Source of the DNA: Takakia lepidozioides
Taxonomy: Eukaryota; Plantae; Bryophyta
Length of the DNA: 64,000 bases
Direction of reading: 5' to 3'
NCBI GenBank assembly: GCA_030704615.1
Contig: CM060734.1
Location: forward strand, 16,430,001 to 16,494,000
Shown: positions 36,601 through 49,645 of the stretch, piece after piece
How the letters are laid out: every line of letters starts with the position of its first letter
Position numbering within the stretch: the first letter of the stretch is position 1
Position numbers and translations under genes: made by a program
The notes under the pieces: generated by a model
Seen by the model: only the letters and a program-made list of their open reading frames with translations
The model's database searches: none
Told to the model about the DNA's origin: nothing

Positions 36601-38177
36601 GGTGGCAAGATACTTTGGCGGTGTTCGACGTGGATATCCAGTACAAACCGGGACGAGACAACGTGGTGGCCGATGCTTTAAGTAGAAAGCAGCAGCTCTT
36701 GTTGGTGTACAAGAGCGAGACGACGCTCCAAAGGAAGATCCGGAAGGCTTGTCGGAAGGATGAGCTGGCGAAGTCCGTGATGCAGGACTTGAGGATGGGG
36801 GTTAAATCGCAGTTCCACTTGCAAAATGGACTGCTCCGGTATAAGCAAAAGCGTCTCTACGTACCGAATGGAGGGATCAGAGATAGCCTCTTGAGAGAAT
36901 GCCATGATAGCCCGCTTGTGGGCCACGGCGGAGCCAAGCGCACTGCGGCACTCTTGAAGAAAGAGTATTTCTGGCCCAAACTGAGGGAGGAGGCAGAGGA
37001 GTATGTCAAGACATGCACCACATGCCAACAAAACCGGAGCGAGTACAAAAAGCAAGCGGGGCTGTTACAACCTTTGCCGATTCCAGAGGGGACTTGGGAG
37101 AGCGTCTCGATGGATTTCATGACTGCTATACCGCTGTCAAAAGGATTCGATGCAATCATGGTGGTGGTGGATAGGTTCAGTAAAATGGGCCATTTCATCC
37201 CCACCAAGGAGACGGCAACGGCGCAGGAGACAGGGCGACTTTACTTCGCCCACGTCTTAAAGCATCATGGAGTCCCGAAGGATATTGTCTCGGACCGCGA
37301 TCCAAAGTTTACGAGTAAATTTTGGAGGGCACTTTGGAAGAAGATGGGGACGAGGCTGAAGATGAGCACCGCCTTCCGACCTACGACCGACGGCCAAACA
37401 GAAAGAGTGAATTCCGTAGTGAAGCAGTTCTTGCGGAATTACGTGTCGGCAGACCAAACAGACTGGGTGGAACACTTAGACGCGGCAGAGTTCTGTTATA
37501 ATAACACAGAACACTCCGCAACGGGAGTTTCCCCTTTCGTATTGGTCTATGGAAAAGCACCTTTGGTGCCGACAAGTTGGGCCGCCCAGGACGTTGAGGA
37601 ACCGGCAGTAGCGGTGGTACTGGAAGAACGCGAGCGTTTGTTGAAGCTCGCAAAGTACAACATTGCCAAAGCTAGGAAACGGTATGAAAGGCAGGCGAAT
37701 CGAAAGCGGAGGGAAGTGAAGTTTGAGGCAGGCACAGAGGTCTGGATGAACATCAAGAATTTCCGACTACCTCCGGAAGTGAGTCCAAAGTTCGTACCTC
37801 CGTATGCGGGACCCTTTTGCATTCAGAAGGTTATGAATGAGGATGTGTATGAATTGGAGCTGCCGGCAAACAGCAAGGTGCACCCAGTATTCCATGTCTC
37901 CCTTTTGAAGCCTTACTTCAAGGATGAAGCGCGTCCGAATCGGCATCAAGTGTTGCGTCCGCCACCTATGCTGTTGGATCATGAAAATGAACCTGAGTAC
38001 GAGGTGGAGGCAATACTTAAGTCGAGGAGGTTCAAGAACCGAGAAACGGAGTATCTCGTCAAATGGAAGGGCTATCATCATGTGGAGGCATCTTGGGTGC
38101 GTGCCTCAGAAATGGGAAACGCATCCAAGGCGGTCGCAGCTTTCGAAGGGCGACCTCAAAAGCGGAAGAAGCGTTGA
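33622..38177 (+). pseudogene. Chromovirus gag-pol polyprotein, broken by several frameshifts
   Basis: CCHC knuckle CFNCGEPGHMAKKC, protease [22 protein letters not shown], RNaseH HTDASD, integrase SMDF/SDRD/TERVN, chromodomain EYEVEAILK..YLVKWKGY...SW. Start codon approximate. Confidence 0.93.
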
Positions 38178-39081
38178 TGGGGACATCAACCTTGGAGCAT
38201 GGGGGAGGAAATGCATGCTTAGCCCGGCTTAGCTAGCTTAGGGATCCGATTGCAAAAACTTGTATTGTACAAAACGTGCTATAAATGAAATGGATTCCAA
38301 ATGTTGTGCGTCCTATTTTGTTTGGAATGGTGATGCATGGTATGGTTGGCTAGTGTGTAGAATGCATGCTAGCTTATAAGAGTGGGAGAGGTAAATTGGG
38401 TTAATCGTATGTTTGCGTAGTGCCGAAATCGGGTGACTCCTATCCGAGGGGCAAGGAAACTTGCGCCTTCTTTGGGAGTTCACATGCTAGTGCGTACCTG
38501 GCGCGTGTGCGTACTATAACTGCGCTACCGAGGGGGTTGCCTTGTAGTGCGGGCTAACACGGAAGCTACGTGCTTCCGTTCACGTACTATAATCATGTAG
38601 CCTCGGGATGAAGTCGTAGTGCGGCTTCGGCGTGTTCCCGTACCTCAGGCCAGCATTCCAAGGCGGACCCAATTGTAGTGATTGGGGCGCACGGTTGGTT
38701 CAAGGTTATCTTCCTAGTCAAAGAGGGTTCCAGGGAACCCTTGCTCAAGGTGATGCCAAAAGCGGCATCATGAGCGATCGCAAGCAATGTTGTTGCAGTA
38801 AGGCGATTCGATCCTCGGGGAGGATCGTTCCTTGGCCTTGAAGTAGGCCAAGAATAGTGCACTGGGAAGAGCTGGAGAGGCTCCACCCTTGGCCGGGACT
38901 TGGAAGAAGTCGGCCGAACTAGCTAGTGGAGAGTAGAGTCAAGTGTGGGGTTTGGTTCTTTGCCATGGGACGCCATGGTACGGAAACAAACTCCTTGATG
39001 TGGGACGCCACAACTTGGATGTTCGTTTCTACAAAATGGACAAGTCGATGAGGACATCGACTCCCTGTTGGTAGGGGTGTG

Positions 39082-39810
39082 TGTCGCGGCCCTTTGCCTT
39101 GAGGGCAGGGGGTCGGGACACATGAGGGGCTGCCCCTCTGGTGGGGGCAGCGGCAGCGATAGGTATGGGGGGGCTGAAGCACCCTTGAGTGCCCAAGGCA
39201 CTCAAGGAGGCGGAGGCGCTCACTAGGTGGAGTCCCGCACACCGGGTTGCGGTGGGGGTGGCTCCACAAGAGGTGGTGGTAGCTTAGCGGGACTTAGTGG
39301 GGGTGGCATAGGACTCACCATGGGGGTGGAGACCTCGTGGTGGGAGTCGTGGGGAGTCTTGGGACTCATCACGGTCCAGAGGGCCGTGGTGAGTGGGCCA
39401 AGACTCACCGCGACTCATCACCGGGAGTCGAGGGTTTTCGTGGTGGTTCGCCATAAAATGGCATGGCTGGTTGTGAAACCCCCGCGGACAGCTACAGAAG
39501 TATATATAAGGGGAGTAGTGGCCCCGAGAACGGTGCAAGCCCGTTGGTGACCAAAAACTAGTGAGTAAGCGAGCGAGCCGGAAAGCGACCAAAGAGTGGG
39601 GAGCTGTTCCGGACTGCCATCTACCAAAGGGAATTCTCCTAGGCCCAAATAGGTGGAGGGTTTAGTGGGAATCGAAGGGGGGGCCGTTATGTCCCGGTGA
39701 GCAGCCGAAGCTCCAAGTTGGCCCGGGCGGCCAGGTTGGGAGTCAGGCGCGCGCATCGGAGCGAGTAACTATGACTTGAAGGGGAGCTTACCGAAGTGAG
39801 GTGCGCGACA
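39082..39810 (+). repeat. 3' LTR of chromovirus
   Basis: Preceded by PPT GGTAGGGGTGTG and followed by TSD CAAGA. Confidence 0.95.
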
Positions 39811-40031
39811 CAAGAGGTGGTGTCAAGCATCCCATATGCCAACCCCTTGAGCATCGATCACACACCAGCATGGTGGCTGCCCCTTTGGCAGACCTACAGA
39901 GCATGCACCTCAAACCTGCAGGTACCACTGCCAAGTTTGGGTCAACTCTGCCATCGACATTGGGAAGGTGACATGGCGCACAATTACGCACATGGTCCTT
40001 CCAAGTCATGCCATCCTGACCCTCCAAGATC
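39811..40031 (-). mobile_element. N-terminal part of the PHD finger of the DNMT/PHD-gypsy (piece C, proximal part)
   Basis: ILEGQDGMTWKDHVRNCAPCH...CMLC..CDRCSRGWHMGCLTPPL, which joins 32840 in frame across the TSD. Confidence 0.92.
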
Positions 40032-41419
40032 CATCGTCCTCATGAAACTGCATTGGAGCAACGTGAAAATCTACACTTGTACATTGCGAGACCATTGTCA
40101 ACCGTATCGTTTAAAGCACAGCCTCATCGGACGTTTTCTTCTTAAGGCCAAGCATCCTTGCTTGCCTCTGTTTTTGAATAGCGATCGGACGTTGAGGTGA
40201 GGAACATGCGGACTGTTGCCTGCAGTCATTTAGTCAGCCTCTAGATGTTCGAACGGACGACTGGAATCGCACGCCTTCAACTGTTGCTCCTTGTAGGTAC
40301 CCTAGTCGTATATACTCCTGAGCGCTTTGGCTTCATGGACGTCGCAGACTCTTCCATTTGCGGGCCATACTAATAGCTGTGTCGATGTTTCGCCATTTCT
40401 GATACAAATGGTCATTGTTCTTCACTATCTGTGTGCAATTCGGCTCTCATGGCTCAAAAACACTCAAAAAACAATTCGCGCATTTTTTAATGCACCTACA
40501 TATATGGCGACCAATGGGGAACACTCGTCCCGAGGGTGAAAAAACCCTGAATCACTGGTTTGACAACTCTTTAAATAGGTACACACATTACTAAAACATG
40601 ATTGGCTTTACCATTGACCTAGACCTTTTATTTGGCTCAAACTGGAAGCTAGCAAAAACTATAACTCTGAACCTGCATACTTTCTACTCATGGGGGGTTC
40701 TTCTCTCTGGTCTTGCAGTTTGTCTTGTTATGACAATATCCTGGTGATCCCTTCGAATTCACTCTTCTCTTTTGTGCTTTCTCATTCATCAAGAAGATAA
40801 CTATGACCGAGTTTTGTTCAAGAATTAATGAGCTTCACCGCGGTGTGCTTCGCCCTGGTGGCCATGTGTTCGATTTTAAACATGCTCCCGTCTTCCCCTG
40901 TCCGTGTGGTACATTCTCCGAGTTTGACTTCCAAACTATCCTTCCACTTGACGGCCACTTTTCTGACGTTAACCCGCGTCCACCTGTCACTGACTCTATG
41001 GACTGTGCAACCCGCGTAGGCTGTGTTGGGCTGTGACAGGCTGTGTAATGATGTGATGGGCTGTGATGACTGTGTGATGCTGTGATGGGCTGTGATGATT
41101 GTGTGAACACCTGTGTTCTACGCTCAAGCCATACACATTCGGCTTAACGATAAGTACTTCATGCTCCGTTGGTGTTATTGGTGTAGGTTGTGATGGCATC
41201 TGTGTTACCCTGACACCAACAACTCTGATCATATGACATAAGGTCCTAGCTATTGCTAGAACGAAAAATTTTGGCGTCATTATAGGAGTCAATATGCCCC
41301 TCGCCTGATAATATAAAAAATTTGAAAACCCATTCCTCTTCGGAGAGAGTTCGAGTCCCAGATAGTTTTTTTTCAAAACCGCCATTCTCCCCCACCGGAC
41401 TGGGTGTGAATTCCCAAGA

Positions 41420-41995
41420 TTGAGTAGGTGGCATCAACGCCACGTTAATCTGGCACATTCGTCTCCTCTCATCTCCCCCTCATGTGGTCCGTGACAGAGG
41501 TGGTTTTGTGCAGAACAGGGCTAATATCTTTATAGACAATTCTGCATCAGTTTTGGGCTCAAAATCAGATAGCAATGGAAGTGCTTTTTCGGAATGACTC
41601 ATTTGTTTTTAAGACAGACATTTATGAAGCACCAGTTTCCCTGCCTTGCATGTTTGAAGATGTGTTTTCGAGCTTCCTTTAGCGGTCCCCGGTCTGAATT
41701 CGTCGTTTTCATTCATCCACTCTCTTTCTCATCCATCTTTTCTCATCGCACATTCATCCATCGTTCATCCACTCCTTTCATCCAACTTCTTTTCAAAACA
41801 CACTCAAACATCAATCAACCACTCCACAATGTTGTTGCTAACCCGCAGGCTCACTCTTTAAAAAAAATGCTCTCTTTTCGACGCGTGAAGCCCACAGTAA
41901 TAGGGCTTCCAGCAGGTACAGGTCCGCGGTAATAGGGCGAAAACTGAGAGCAAAATCCTGCTCACAATTTTTTCTGCTCACAATCTAGCACGCCC
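41420..41995. mobile_element. DNA transposon terminal region (same family as 28440-29221)
   Basis: Shares the GGTGGCATCAACGCCAC palindrome, CCGCGGTAATAGG and the terminal CAATCTAGCACGCCC. Confidence 0.75.
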
Positions 41996-42841
41996 GAGTT
42001 CTCAAAACCTGACTTCAAAGTCAACCACCTCTTCAGTAGGTGCTTGGCGAATTCTAGCCAAAGCCATTAAGACACTTGTAAATTGATGCATAGCGCGGAA
42101 TCGATTCATGAACGCATCGCGAATTTGGTCCCAAGCAATGAAAGATCCGTTGGGCTGTTGTCAATACCAGGTCAACGCCTTGCCCTTTAAAGTGGTGGGA
42201 AATCAAATAAGCCAATAAGCATTATCCACTGCCTGATTTGAACAACATATCTGAATGAAGTTCTGAATGTGGCCTCCAGGGTTCTTTTGGGATTCTCCAA
42301 AAAAATATGGTAAACTGGAAGGAATCTACAAGGGTCTCAATCCAATAGGCACCACAATAGGCACCTCAACGACTGGACGCATAGGCAGTTGGGATGACAC
42401 TATTGTGGCCATCACTGAAGACGGACTAGAGATATTAGCACTACTAGATGGTGCCTCTTCAAATGACCGGACCATGCAGGTTCTCTAGTAGTTCGGTCTT
42501 CTCTGTCCAATGAGCTTCGTATACATAACCATCCAATTTCTATCACGTCAATTTCCATGATGCAATGAGCGTTTAGTCTTCTCGCACCCTATAACAACAA
42601 AAAATTGCTTGAAAGCATTAACAACAACCTAGACAACCATCTAGGTCTATCCTTGAAAAGCAAAATAATCTTATTTGATAGGGCAAGACCCTATTTATTG
42701 ATATGCACGTTAATACAAAGAAAAACTAGGTTCAGGGCGTACCTTTTCAAACCTCAGCAATCCATGTTGGTGCGAAAAACTCAACAACAAACCAACCGTT
42801 AGTAGCAACTTACCAAACTCCCGGCAGACGCACCACTAATA
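41996..42841 (-). mobile_element. Truncated gypsy 5' internal region: PBS-like site and retrotransposon gag fragment
   Basis: Minus strand FPTTLKGKALTWY*QQPNGSFIAWDQIRDAFMNRF (Retrotrans_gag-like). TGGTGCGTCTGCCGGGAGT (42835-42817) resembles a tRNA-Asp PBS. Confidence 0.65.
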
Positions 42842-43721
42842 TGACGAGCCTCGCCGCGCGCGCAATTGCGAAGGGGAAAAATGCGACGTCGATCCGGGGC
42901 TTGGAGTTCGGCGACGAGGTGGGTTGGGCTCAAGAACCGCCCACCCGTGAGATGTGTCGCTAAGCTTGGCCGAGGGTCAGCGGTCGACGGAGGGAACTCC
43001 TCCCGCTATCCTAACTACCAGCCAGCACAAGGTCCAACTCCTATGCTTGCGAGGCAAAATTCGTTTGTGTGACCTACGGAATCTACTCCTAATTAATTGC
43101 CTTCCAAGACTTCTTTATTAGCGTTAATACAGCTTCACCCCGGAGCTATCAGTGCCCCTGGCAGGTCCTCTTCGCCTAGAGTGACAGTGGCCAAGAGGCC
43201 CATGGAGTTGTTTTTTGTTTTCCTTGTCTTGAAGTACTAAGAAGGGAAGGGGCTAACCCTTGAACACTAACCATGCAGTGGGAGGTTCTAATGGGGATGG
43301 GTGTTCCTTTTCCTTGGCCACTAGGCATTCTTCACGTGTGAAGCTAACCAAAAAAAACAAGAAAAGCTAGCCAACTAACCCTTGGATAGATGCTTGTTAG
43401 TCGGTGGGAACCCTTCATAGCATTTTTATTTTTCTTTGTTTTCTTTTGTAACAAGTGAATGAGGCCGTGTGCCATTCAAGCTTGCATTATTCTCCAAACA
43501 TTACCTTGGTAGTTGAGTACTAACCCCCCCCCCCCTTTCGGAGAAGGAATGGGGGAAGGCTAACCCTTGGTTATGTTTATTTTTTGCTTTATAAGGTTGC
43601 TGGGAATTTATTTTTGCACTAAAAATTAATTTCCAGGCTTATTTTCCTAGTCCTAGAAGGCCTCCAAGCATATAAGAGCTTGGAAGACCTTACTAACATG
43701 GGTAGTTAGGTGAGCTAACCC

Positions 43722-44519
43722 TTGGGGTTAAGCCATGATCATTCAACCTCACCATGTACACCATCAAGGACAGTTAAAGCAAGTGCAGGGATGGCTACAG
43801 AGGGGCAGTATGGTGCGCCACATTTTATGGCGGGGCAGACCTCAATGCAGCAGACGTCACAGATCCCTTTGGACGGGAGGGAAGGTTTACACGACACATT
43901 ATTGCAGGGTTCAAGCACCAGTCCTGGAGGGACACCGGATCAATTGACGGGCGGAGATCGCCAGAATGCATTACGGAGGGATAGGAGAGTGGTAAAAAAA
44001 GAACTCAAACAGCAGGCTGCTACCAATGTGGCTGCAGGGAAGCGCAAATTTGTCATTGATTGCAATAGTGATGGTGCCCCACAAGGCCCTGCACGCAGCC
44101 AATGGATGACTGCATTACAAGGCCAGTCCATGCGACTGCTGGACTGGAGTGTAAAAGGTGAAGATCAGCCAGTAGAGGCGCTTAAGAAGATCATGGACGT
44201 ATTAGCGCAGGACTGGGAATATGGAACTCCTGGGATTGAATTGAAGGAACTTACAAAGATCATTTGTAGACAGTTGAAATACCAACGACGCAAACTGTTT
44301 AAAAACCATTACTGTGCGGGGTCGCCCAAACCTGAATATGTTCCAGACAAAACATGGGCACAGTTGCTATCAACGTGGGCATCAGAAGGCTTCAAAAAAC
44401 AATCTACCAATGGTACAAAGGCACGGGGGCGTGTGAAAAAGTTGTTCCGATGTGGAGTGAGTGGTATGAGTGGAGTGGCAACAAGACTGGTAAAATCTAT
44501 GCCTCTACAGCCTATATGA
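43722..44519 (+). CDS. CACTA/En-Spm TnpA-like (Transposase_24-like) ORF fragment
   Basis: KPEYVPDKTWAQLLSTWASEGFKKQSTNGTKARGRVKKLFRCG matches the P..V....W..L...W.S..F...S.....R pattern. Confidence 0.6.
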   Translation: MGLSHDHSTSPCTPSRTVKASAGMATEGQYGAPHFMAGQTSMQQTSQIPLDGREGLHDTLLQGSSTSPGGTPDQLTGGDRQNALRRDRRVVKKELKQQAATNVAAGKRKFVIDCNSDGAPQGPARSQWMTALQGQSMRLLDWSVKGEDQPVEALKKIMDVLAQDWEYGTPGIELKELTKIICRQLKYQRRKLFKNHYCAGSPKPEYVPDKTWAQLLSTWASEGFKKQSTNGTKARGRVKKLFRCGVSGMSGVATRLVKSMPLQPI

Positions 44520-45579
44520 AAATGCGTGAATATTGTCCAATAGGGTTCAGCTTGCTTTCAGAAACAGCTGTCTTCAGGTTTTAGGTAGTATGGAGCATAC
44601 GACCTCAGCAAGAAGTCCTGGCGGTTGCTGCCAAATTGTGTTCTTCTGTCAGGCTTGCCTTCTTTGAATGGATGGTATGGATGTCGCTTTCAGCCACAGG
44701 GTGGAGATTTTTGCATAGTGGTTGCTGCAATTGTTTGTGGTCTTGTCAGCTGCACATGCAATATTTAGAATCCTTTCTTGGGAGGCTTCGGAGTTCTGTG
44801 ATGAAGCCGTTTTTGTATTACCTGGAAGCACCTCTAATTGTTTTGCAGACTGCATTAGCTAGATCTTTTTCTTTGGCTTGACGCAATAGTCTTGTCAGAA
44901 TAGTGGTAGCTGTCATTAAGATGTTCGGCCTCTGGACCATGCTATCCTCAGCTGGAGTTCTCCATATTAATCTATTTTGTGTCTTTCTCAAAATTGGTCA
45001 TTCGACTCTCTATCATATAATCTCTCTTATGTTGATTCTCCGCTTTATATTTGGAATAGAAACAACTATATATCAAATACACCCATGCTCACATGCTACC
45101 CAACCTCCCTCATCTTCAATGTGCAGATTTGGCTTGGCCTATGGACAGGGGCATGGCTTTGGGTTTTTATTTTTCATTTTTATTTTTCATTTTTTTTAAA
45201 GGAAATACCCTGGGAACGACTGCTCACAAATCAGGCCCCTTAATTATAGTGAGAGGAGAAAATAACCTCTTTCTGATAACCTCGTCATGAGGCGCCAAGT
45301 ATGAGGCTCAAGGGACATTGCCGAAGGGCAACACATAAGCCGACATCAGATGTAAAGGCCATAGACCCCAGTCCAAGGTTCTAGTTATGCAGCTGCCAAT
45401 AAAGCACCTTTCTACTATCTCTGCGCCACCAAAGCTCCTAGTGTGCGGCTTATCACAGATTCTTACTCCTGCAATTGAACACAACCCGTGCCCTCCTAAC
45501 CGACCAGATTGTGTTTCCATACATATGAGAAAAGCCTACGTCCCCAGAGAAAGATAAACATGATTTCACAGCCGTATAC

Positions 45580-48089
45580 AATTTTTATTTTATTTTTAAT
45601 AATAAAAGTGGGGAGGGAGGGGAACCAGATTCTTCTTTTTCTTTTTCTTTTTCTTTTCCCAAAGGGCGTTCGCCATTTAGTTTATTGGAGGGGAAAAACT
45701 AAACCGCATTGATGCCATAAGGCAAGGAACACATCAATTGGATGAGGGACGAGCCCAGACGAATGCAAAAGAGACCGCCTTAATGGCGAATGCCTGGAAT
45801 GTTACCTGGATAGCTGATAAGCCATAGAGGCCTTGGGAGAGGAGGATGGACGACCATTGTCGTCCAGACCGCCACTCCACCTAATGATGCAAGAATGTAT
45901 GAATGCGAGTGCTTGACGTACTCCGAGAAAAGCAAAGGACCAAATAACGTAATTGCCTGCCTACTGTAGCCTAGAGGATGCATGCAAGCAAGTTTAATTT
46001 TGGAGGAACATGATGCAGTCGTTTGCCGAAATTCAGCTTCACCAATCGTTTCCCTTTGAGGTGCCTCCAATTGATATCTCGGTCGTAGTATGGAGAATCA
46101 GGGCAGAAGCGTGGAGCGGTTTCCCCAACACTGAGGAATTGAGCTCCAGATGCAGATGGTTGGTGGAGGGCTTGAGCATATAATTCCCTGTTTAGCCCAT
46201 GATTCGTTGAAGGCCTCGTGAAGCTGATGTTGAGCCTCTGGATGCTTTGCCGATGTCTGCAGTCATTTTAATCCATGTCTTTCGTCCTTCAGTTTGAATG
46301 TCAAAGAAAACCATAACAAGCAACAAAGAAACCATAGAATTTGAGGTGCCTAAGGTCCAAGCGCATCTGGTTTTCCAAATGTGCCAAAGCCTAGCAGCTC
46401 TAATCGTGTCAAAAGATACAACCTGTTTGGTTACTGGGTCATAGTTCAGCAGCAAGTTGATTGAAGTGAGTGGGGTGAGGTGCCAAGTTTGAAGAACCGT
46501 GTTGAGGAGTGGCCAAACCTTAGAAGGGATATAACATTGAAAGAGGCAGTGCTCGAGGGACTCAACGATCCCCAACAAACAGCGTATGCAGAGCAAAGCG
46601 TTCGAGAATTGGAGCCAGCAGCCCACTTTGAGGATTCTATTGGCCACCTGCCAGAGGAAAGCCCCGATTTTCGTAGGTCTAGTTTTCACCCAAATTCGTT
46701 TCCCTCTTGACCATAAACCAATTGAAATGGTGTAAATCCGGTTGTAACCTTAAAGGCAGTGCGATAGGCCCATAATGCAGAAAATAACTTCGTGTCCCAA
46801 TCACTACCAGTGCCAGAAATGGTTTTCGTCAAAATACCACATAAAAGCCCATTGGTCTTTTCTGTCTGCCCATTAGCGCGGGGATGGTATGGCGTAGTCT
46901 TTCGATGTTTATTCATGTACTTAGTCGTGAGTTGCTCAATAGTAGAATTCAAGAAATGGGTACCACGATCGCTCACCAATTCCCGGGGACAACCAAAGCG
47001 GGAAATAATATTCTCATATAAAAATTGAGCAACCACTTTTGCGGTATCAGTACGAGTAGCCATTGCTTCAGCCCATTGAGTAACGTACTCCGTAGCAACA
47101 AGAATATAACGCTTTTGACCATTATTGTTGCCAACATTCACCTTGAAATCCATAGGCTCCCCATTTGGCATCCCATTTTGAGGTGGGAATGGTTGTCGAG
47201 CTAAGGCATTTACAAGCTTTTTTTTGCTGTGTACTGAAAGAGTGAGGGTTTTCCATCCAGCGCCCACGACCATTCATTTGGATCCAATTGCAAGGCCATG
47301 AGAGGCTTGTGTCCAATCCAGACGAATGTGTTTCCGCATCGCCAGCATATGATATCTGACCCTGGGGGCCTCATAGGGTTCATGTTTGCAATGGATAACC
47401 ACTGGCAGATTCTAACCGGGGAGTATCCCCCCCCCCCCCCCACGTATATCAGCTGCATTTGAGCAGGCTGCAGGATTTTCGTTTGTGGGCAGCAGTCCAA
47501 AGCATGCCCAATGATGTTGATGTGGTTGCTTTCCAGAATGTAAATCACCTGCAGTGGCCTTGTTGAGCATGTGATCTAGGAATCCGGAAGGGGAGGTAGC
47601 GGCCCCCATTGGAGGATGTTTATCCATGGGACTGGAATGGATTGGATGATTTTTGCATAACCCGCGTTTCCCCTTGTGGATCCCACAATCTGGTTAATTC
47701 GATATTCTTGGCTCTAGAAGACATTGCCTGACCAGATGTTCCCTAATTGCGAGATACCAAGGTTGTCCCAGGCAGACCATCGTTTTGCAGAACCACGATC
47801 CTCCAGGCTGTGGACGTTCAAGTTAAGAAAGAGGTGTTGACGGATTATTTCTTCATATGTGGTAGGTTCCTCTTTAATGAGGTAAGGTCTTACTCTGCCC
47901 CAGGCTTTCCAAATAGATTTCCATAGAGGAGATCTTGGTTGCTTGTGCTTGAAACCATTGATGATCCAACGCTCGGAGCTTGACCATTGTGCAGACTTGA
48001 GGGGGGAGCTTTGAACAATGTGTCTTAGCACTAGGGGCCTCCACCAAGAAGTATGGGGACCGAGTAGTCTCAAAATCCATTTTCCAAGC
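45580..48089 (-). mobile_element. L1/Tx1-type LINE, C-terminal part (post-RT region, zf-RVT, 3' UTR with A-rich tail)
   Basis: LGKWILRLL...SPLWKSIWKAW, and zf-RVT KIGAFLWQVANRILKVG...CIRC...ESLEHCLFQC...WHIWKTRC. A-rich end near 45580-45600. Confidence 0.85.
46709..47124 (-). mobile_element. Isolated gypsy integrase-core fragment inserted in the LINE
   Basis: YILVATEYVTQWAEA...SRFGCPRELVSDRGTHF...YHPRANGQTE...TPFQLVYGQE, with no LTR. The LINE frame resumes on both sides. Confidence 0.85.
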
Positions 48090-48560
48090 GGGGCGTGCTA
48101 GATTGTGAGCAGCTCAAGGCTTTTATTTTGTTTTTTTTGTTTTTTGTTTTTGGGGTGAATTGTCATGTTCCAAGAGGGGCTGGGAATTAAGGTGTCGTTG
48201 ACGACACCTTAATCTGGCACATTCGATTTTCGATTTCGATTTCCCGAATGTGCCAAATTAAGGTGTCGTCAACGACACCTTGATTCCCAGCCCCTCTTGG
48301 AACATGACAATTCACCTGCCACCTTAATCTGGTTGGTCTTCTGGGCTGGAATTAAGCTCTAACAGGGGCTAGGAATTAAGGTGGCGTTGACGCCACCGTA
48401 ATGCCGAGTCTGTTTCCCTCTACGAACATGGCTCCTCGCCAAGGCTTTTATTTCATTTTTATTTTTATTTTTGGTTTTTGGGGTGAATTGTCATGTTCCT
48501 TGTGAGGGCTGCGAATGACGCCACCTTAATGCCGAGTCTGTTTCAATGGTAGAACATGGC
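48090..48560. mobile_element. DNA transposon terminus with a 72-bp-arm hairpin
   Basis: Starts GGGGCGTGCTAGATTGTGAGCAG. Inverted arms at 48154-48225 and 48245-48316. Confidence 0.75.
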
Positions 48561-48778
48561 TATTCGCTACGTCTAAATGGATGCAATGGATAGATACAAT
48601 GGATGTAACACATCCAGTCTACATTCCCTTGAAAGGGCTGATCAACCCGCGGTAATAGGTGACACCCGCGGAAATAGGCCCTGTATGCATGCTGACGTGG
48701 CGTGAGCCTGTGCTGGGCTCACGGGCTCCTGGGCTCACAGGCTCACGCCTCCGGGCTCACGGAATAGCACCCCCCTCT

Positions 48779-48977
48779 CACTACTACGTTTCGGGGGGGT
48801 TAGCGATGCCCAACCCCCCGTGCCCCATTTCCCATGCGGTTTCTGCGATGCTGAAAATTCTTGCGACGCCTCAGGCATCGCAAGGCGGCCGAGGGACTGC
48901 CAATTTGGCCAAGTCCCTATTTGCGACGCCCCGGGCGTCGCAGGTTCAAGTTGTGACGCCTTAGCAACCCCGAAAAA

Positions 48978-49008
<31 letters not shown>

Positions 49009-49645
49009 CATTGTTTTTTTAATGCGACGCCCTGGGGGTCGCTGTTTGGGAGCGGCGCCCTGGGCGTCGCTTACATTTGAGCGACGTGAGGAATGTTGCT
49101 TTGAGGTCCCAACGAGCAACTATGCATGAACTACCTTATGTATAATTAAATCATGAGTTTGTGTGTAAGTTTTGTAACTGATATGTTCGTTAGTGTGAAG
49201 TGTCTTACTATGTATATAATGTAGAGGTCTTGAGCTCAAATTTCCCTAACAACACGTTGAATGATTTAGGAACTCGATATGTGTCGGCTACTTGCAAACA
49301 CATGCTCATGGGTTAAGTTTGACACTACGTGGCAAGTGTGTGTCCTGCCATTTTTTGAATCGTGTGGGTCTTGCCATTTTTCAAAATTCAAAATTCAAAA
49401 AAACCTCAATAAGCGACCCCGAGGGCGTCGCTCCAATACAACGACTCCCAGGGCGTCGCTTTAGAAAAACAACATATTTATTTATTTATCCCTCATGTAT
49501 GGCTATAGCGACGCCCGGGACGACCCGACCCGCTTGGGGCGACGCCTCCGCGATTTCCGCGGGCCCAAAAATAGGCGAATAGGCGTCGTTCGAGCGTCGC
49601 TAAACCCCCCAACCCAACCCCCCCCCCCCCCCGAACGGTGTAGTG
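48779..49645. mobile_element. Non-autonomous CACTA element (867 bp)
   Basis: Termini CACTAC...GTAGTG with G-rich TIR extension. 3-bp TSD TCT on both sides. Many GCGACGCC subterminal repeats. Confidence 0.92.

Larger units (their letters stand above)
32841..39810 (+). mobile_element. Full-length Ty3/gypsy chromovirus LTR retrotransposon (6970 bp)
   Basis: LTRs 32841-33566 and 39082-39810 (TGTCGCG...CGCGACA). 5-bp TSD CAAGA at 32836-32840 and 39811-39815. tRNA-iMet PBS, PPT, and gag-PR-RT-RH-INT-chromodomain. Confidence 0.97.
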
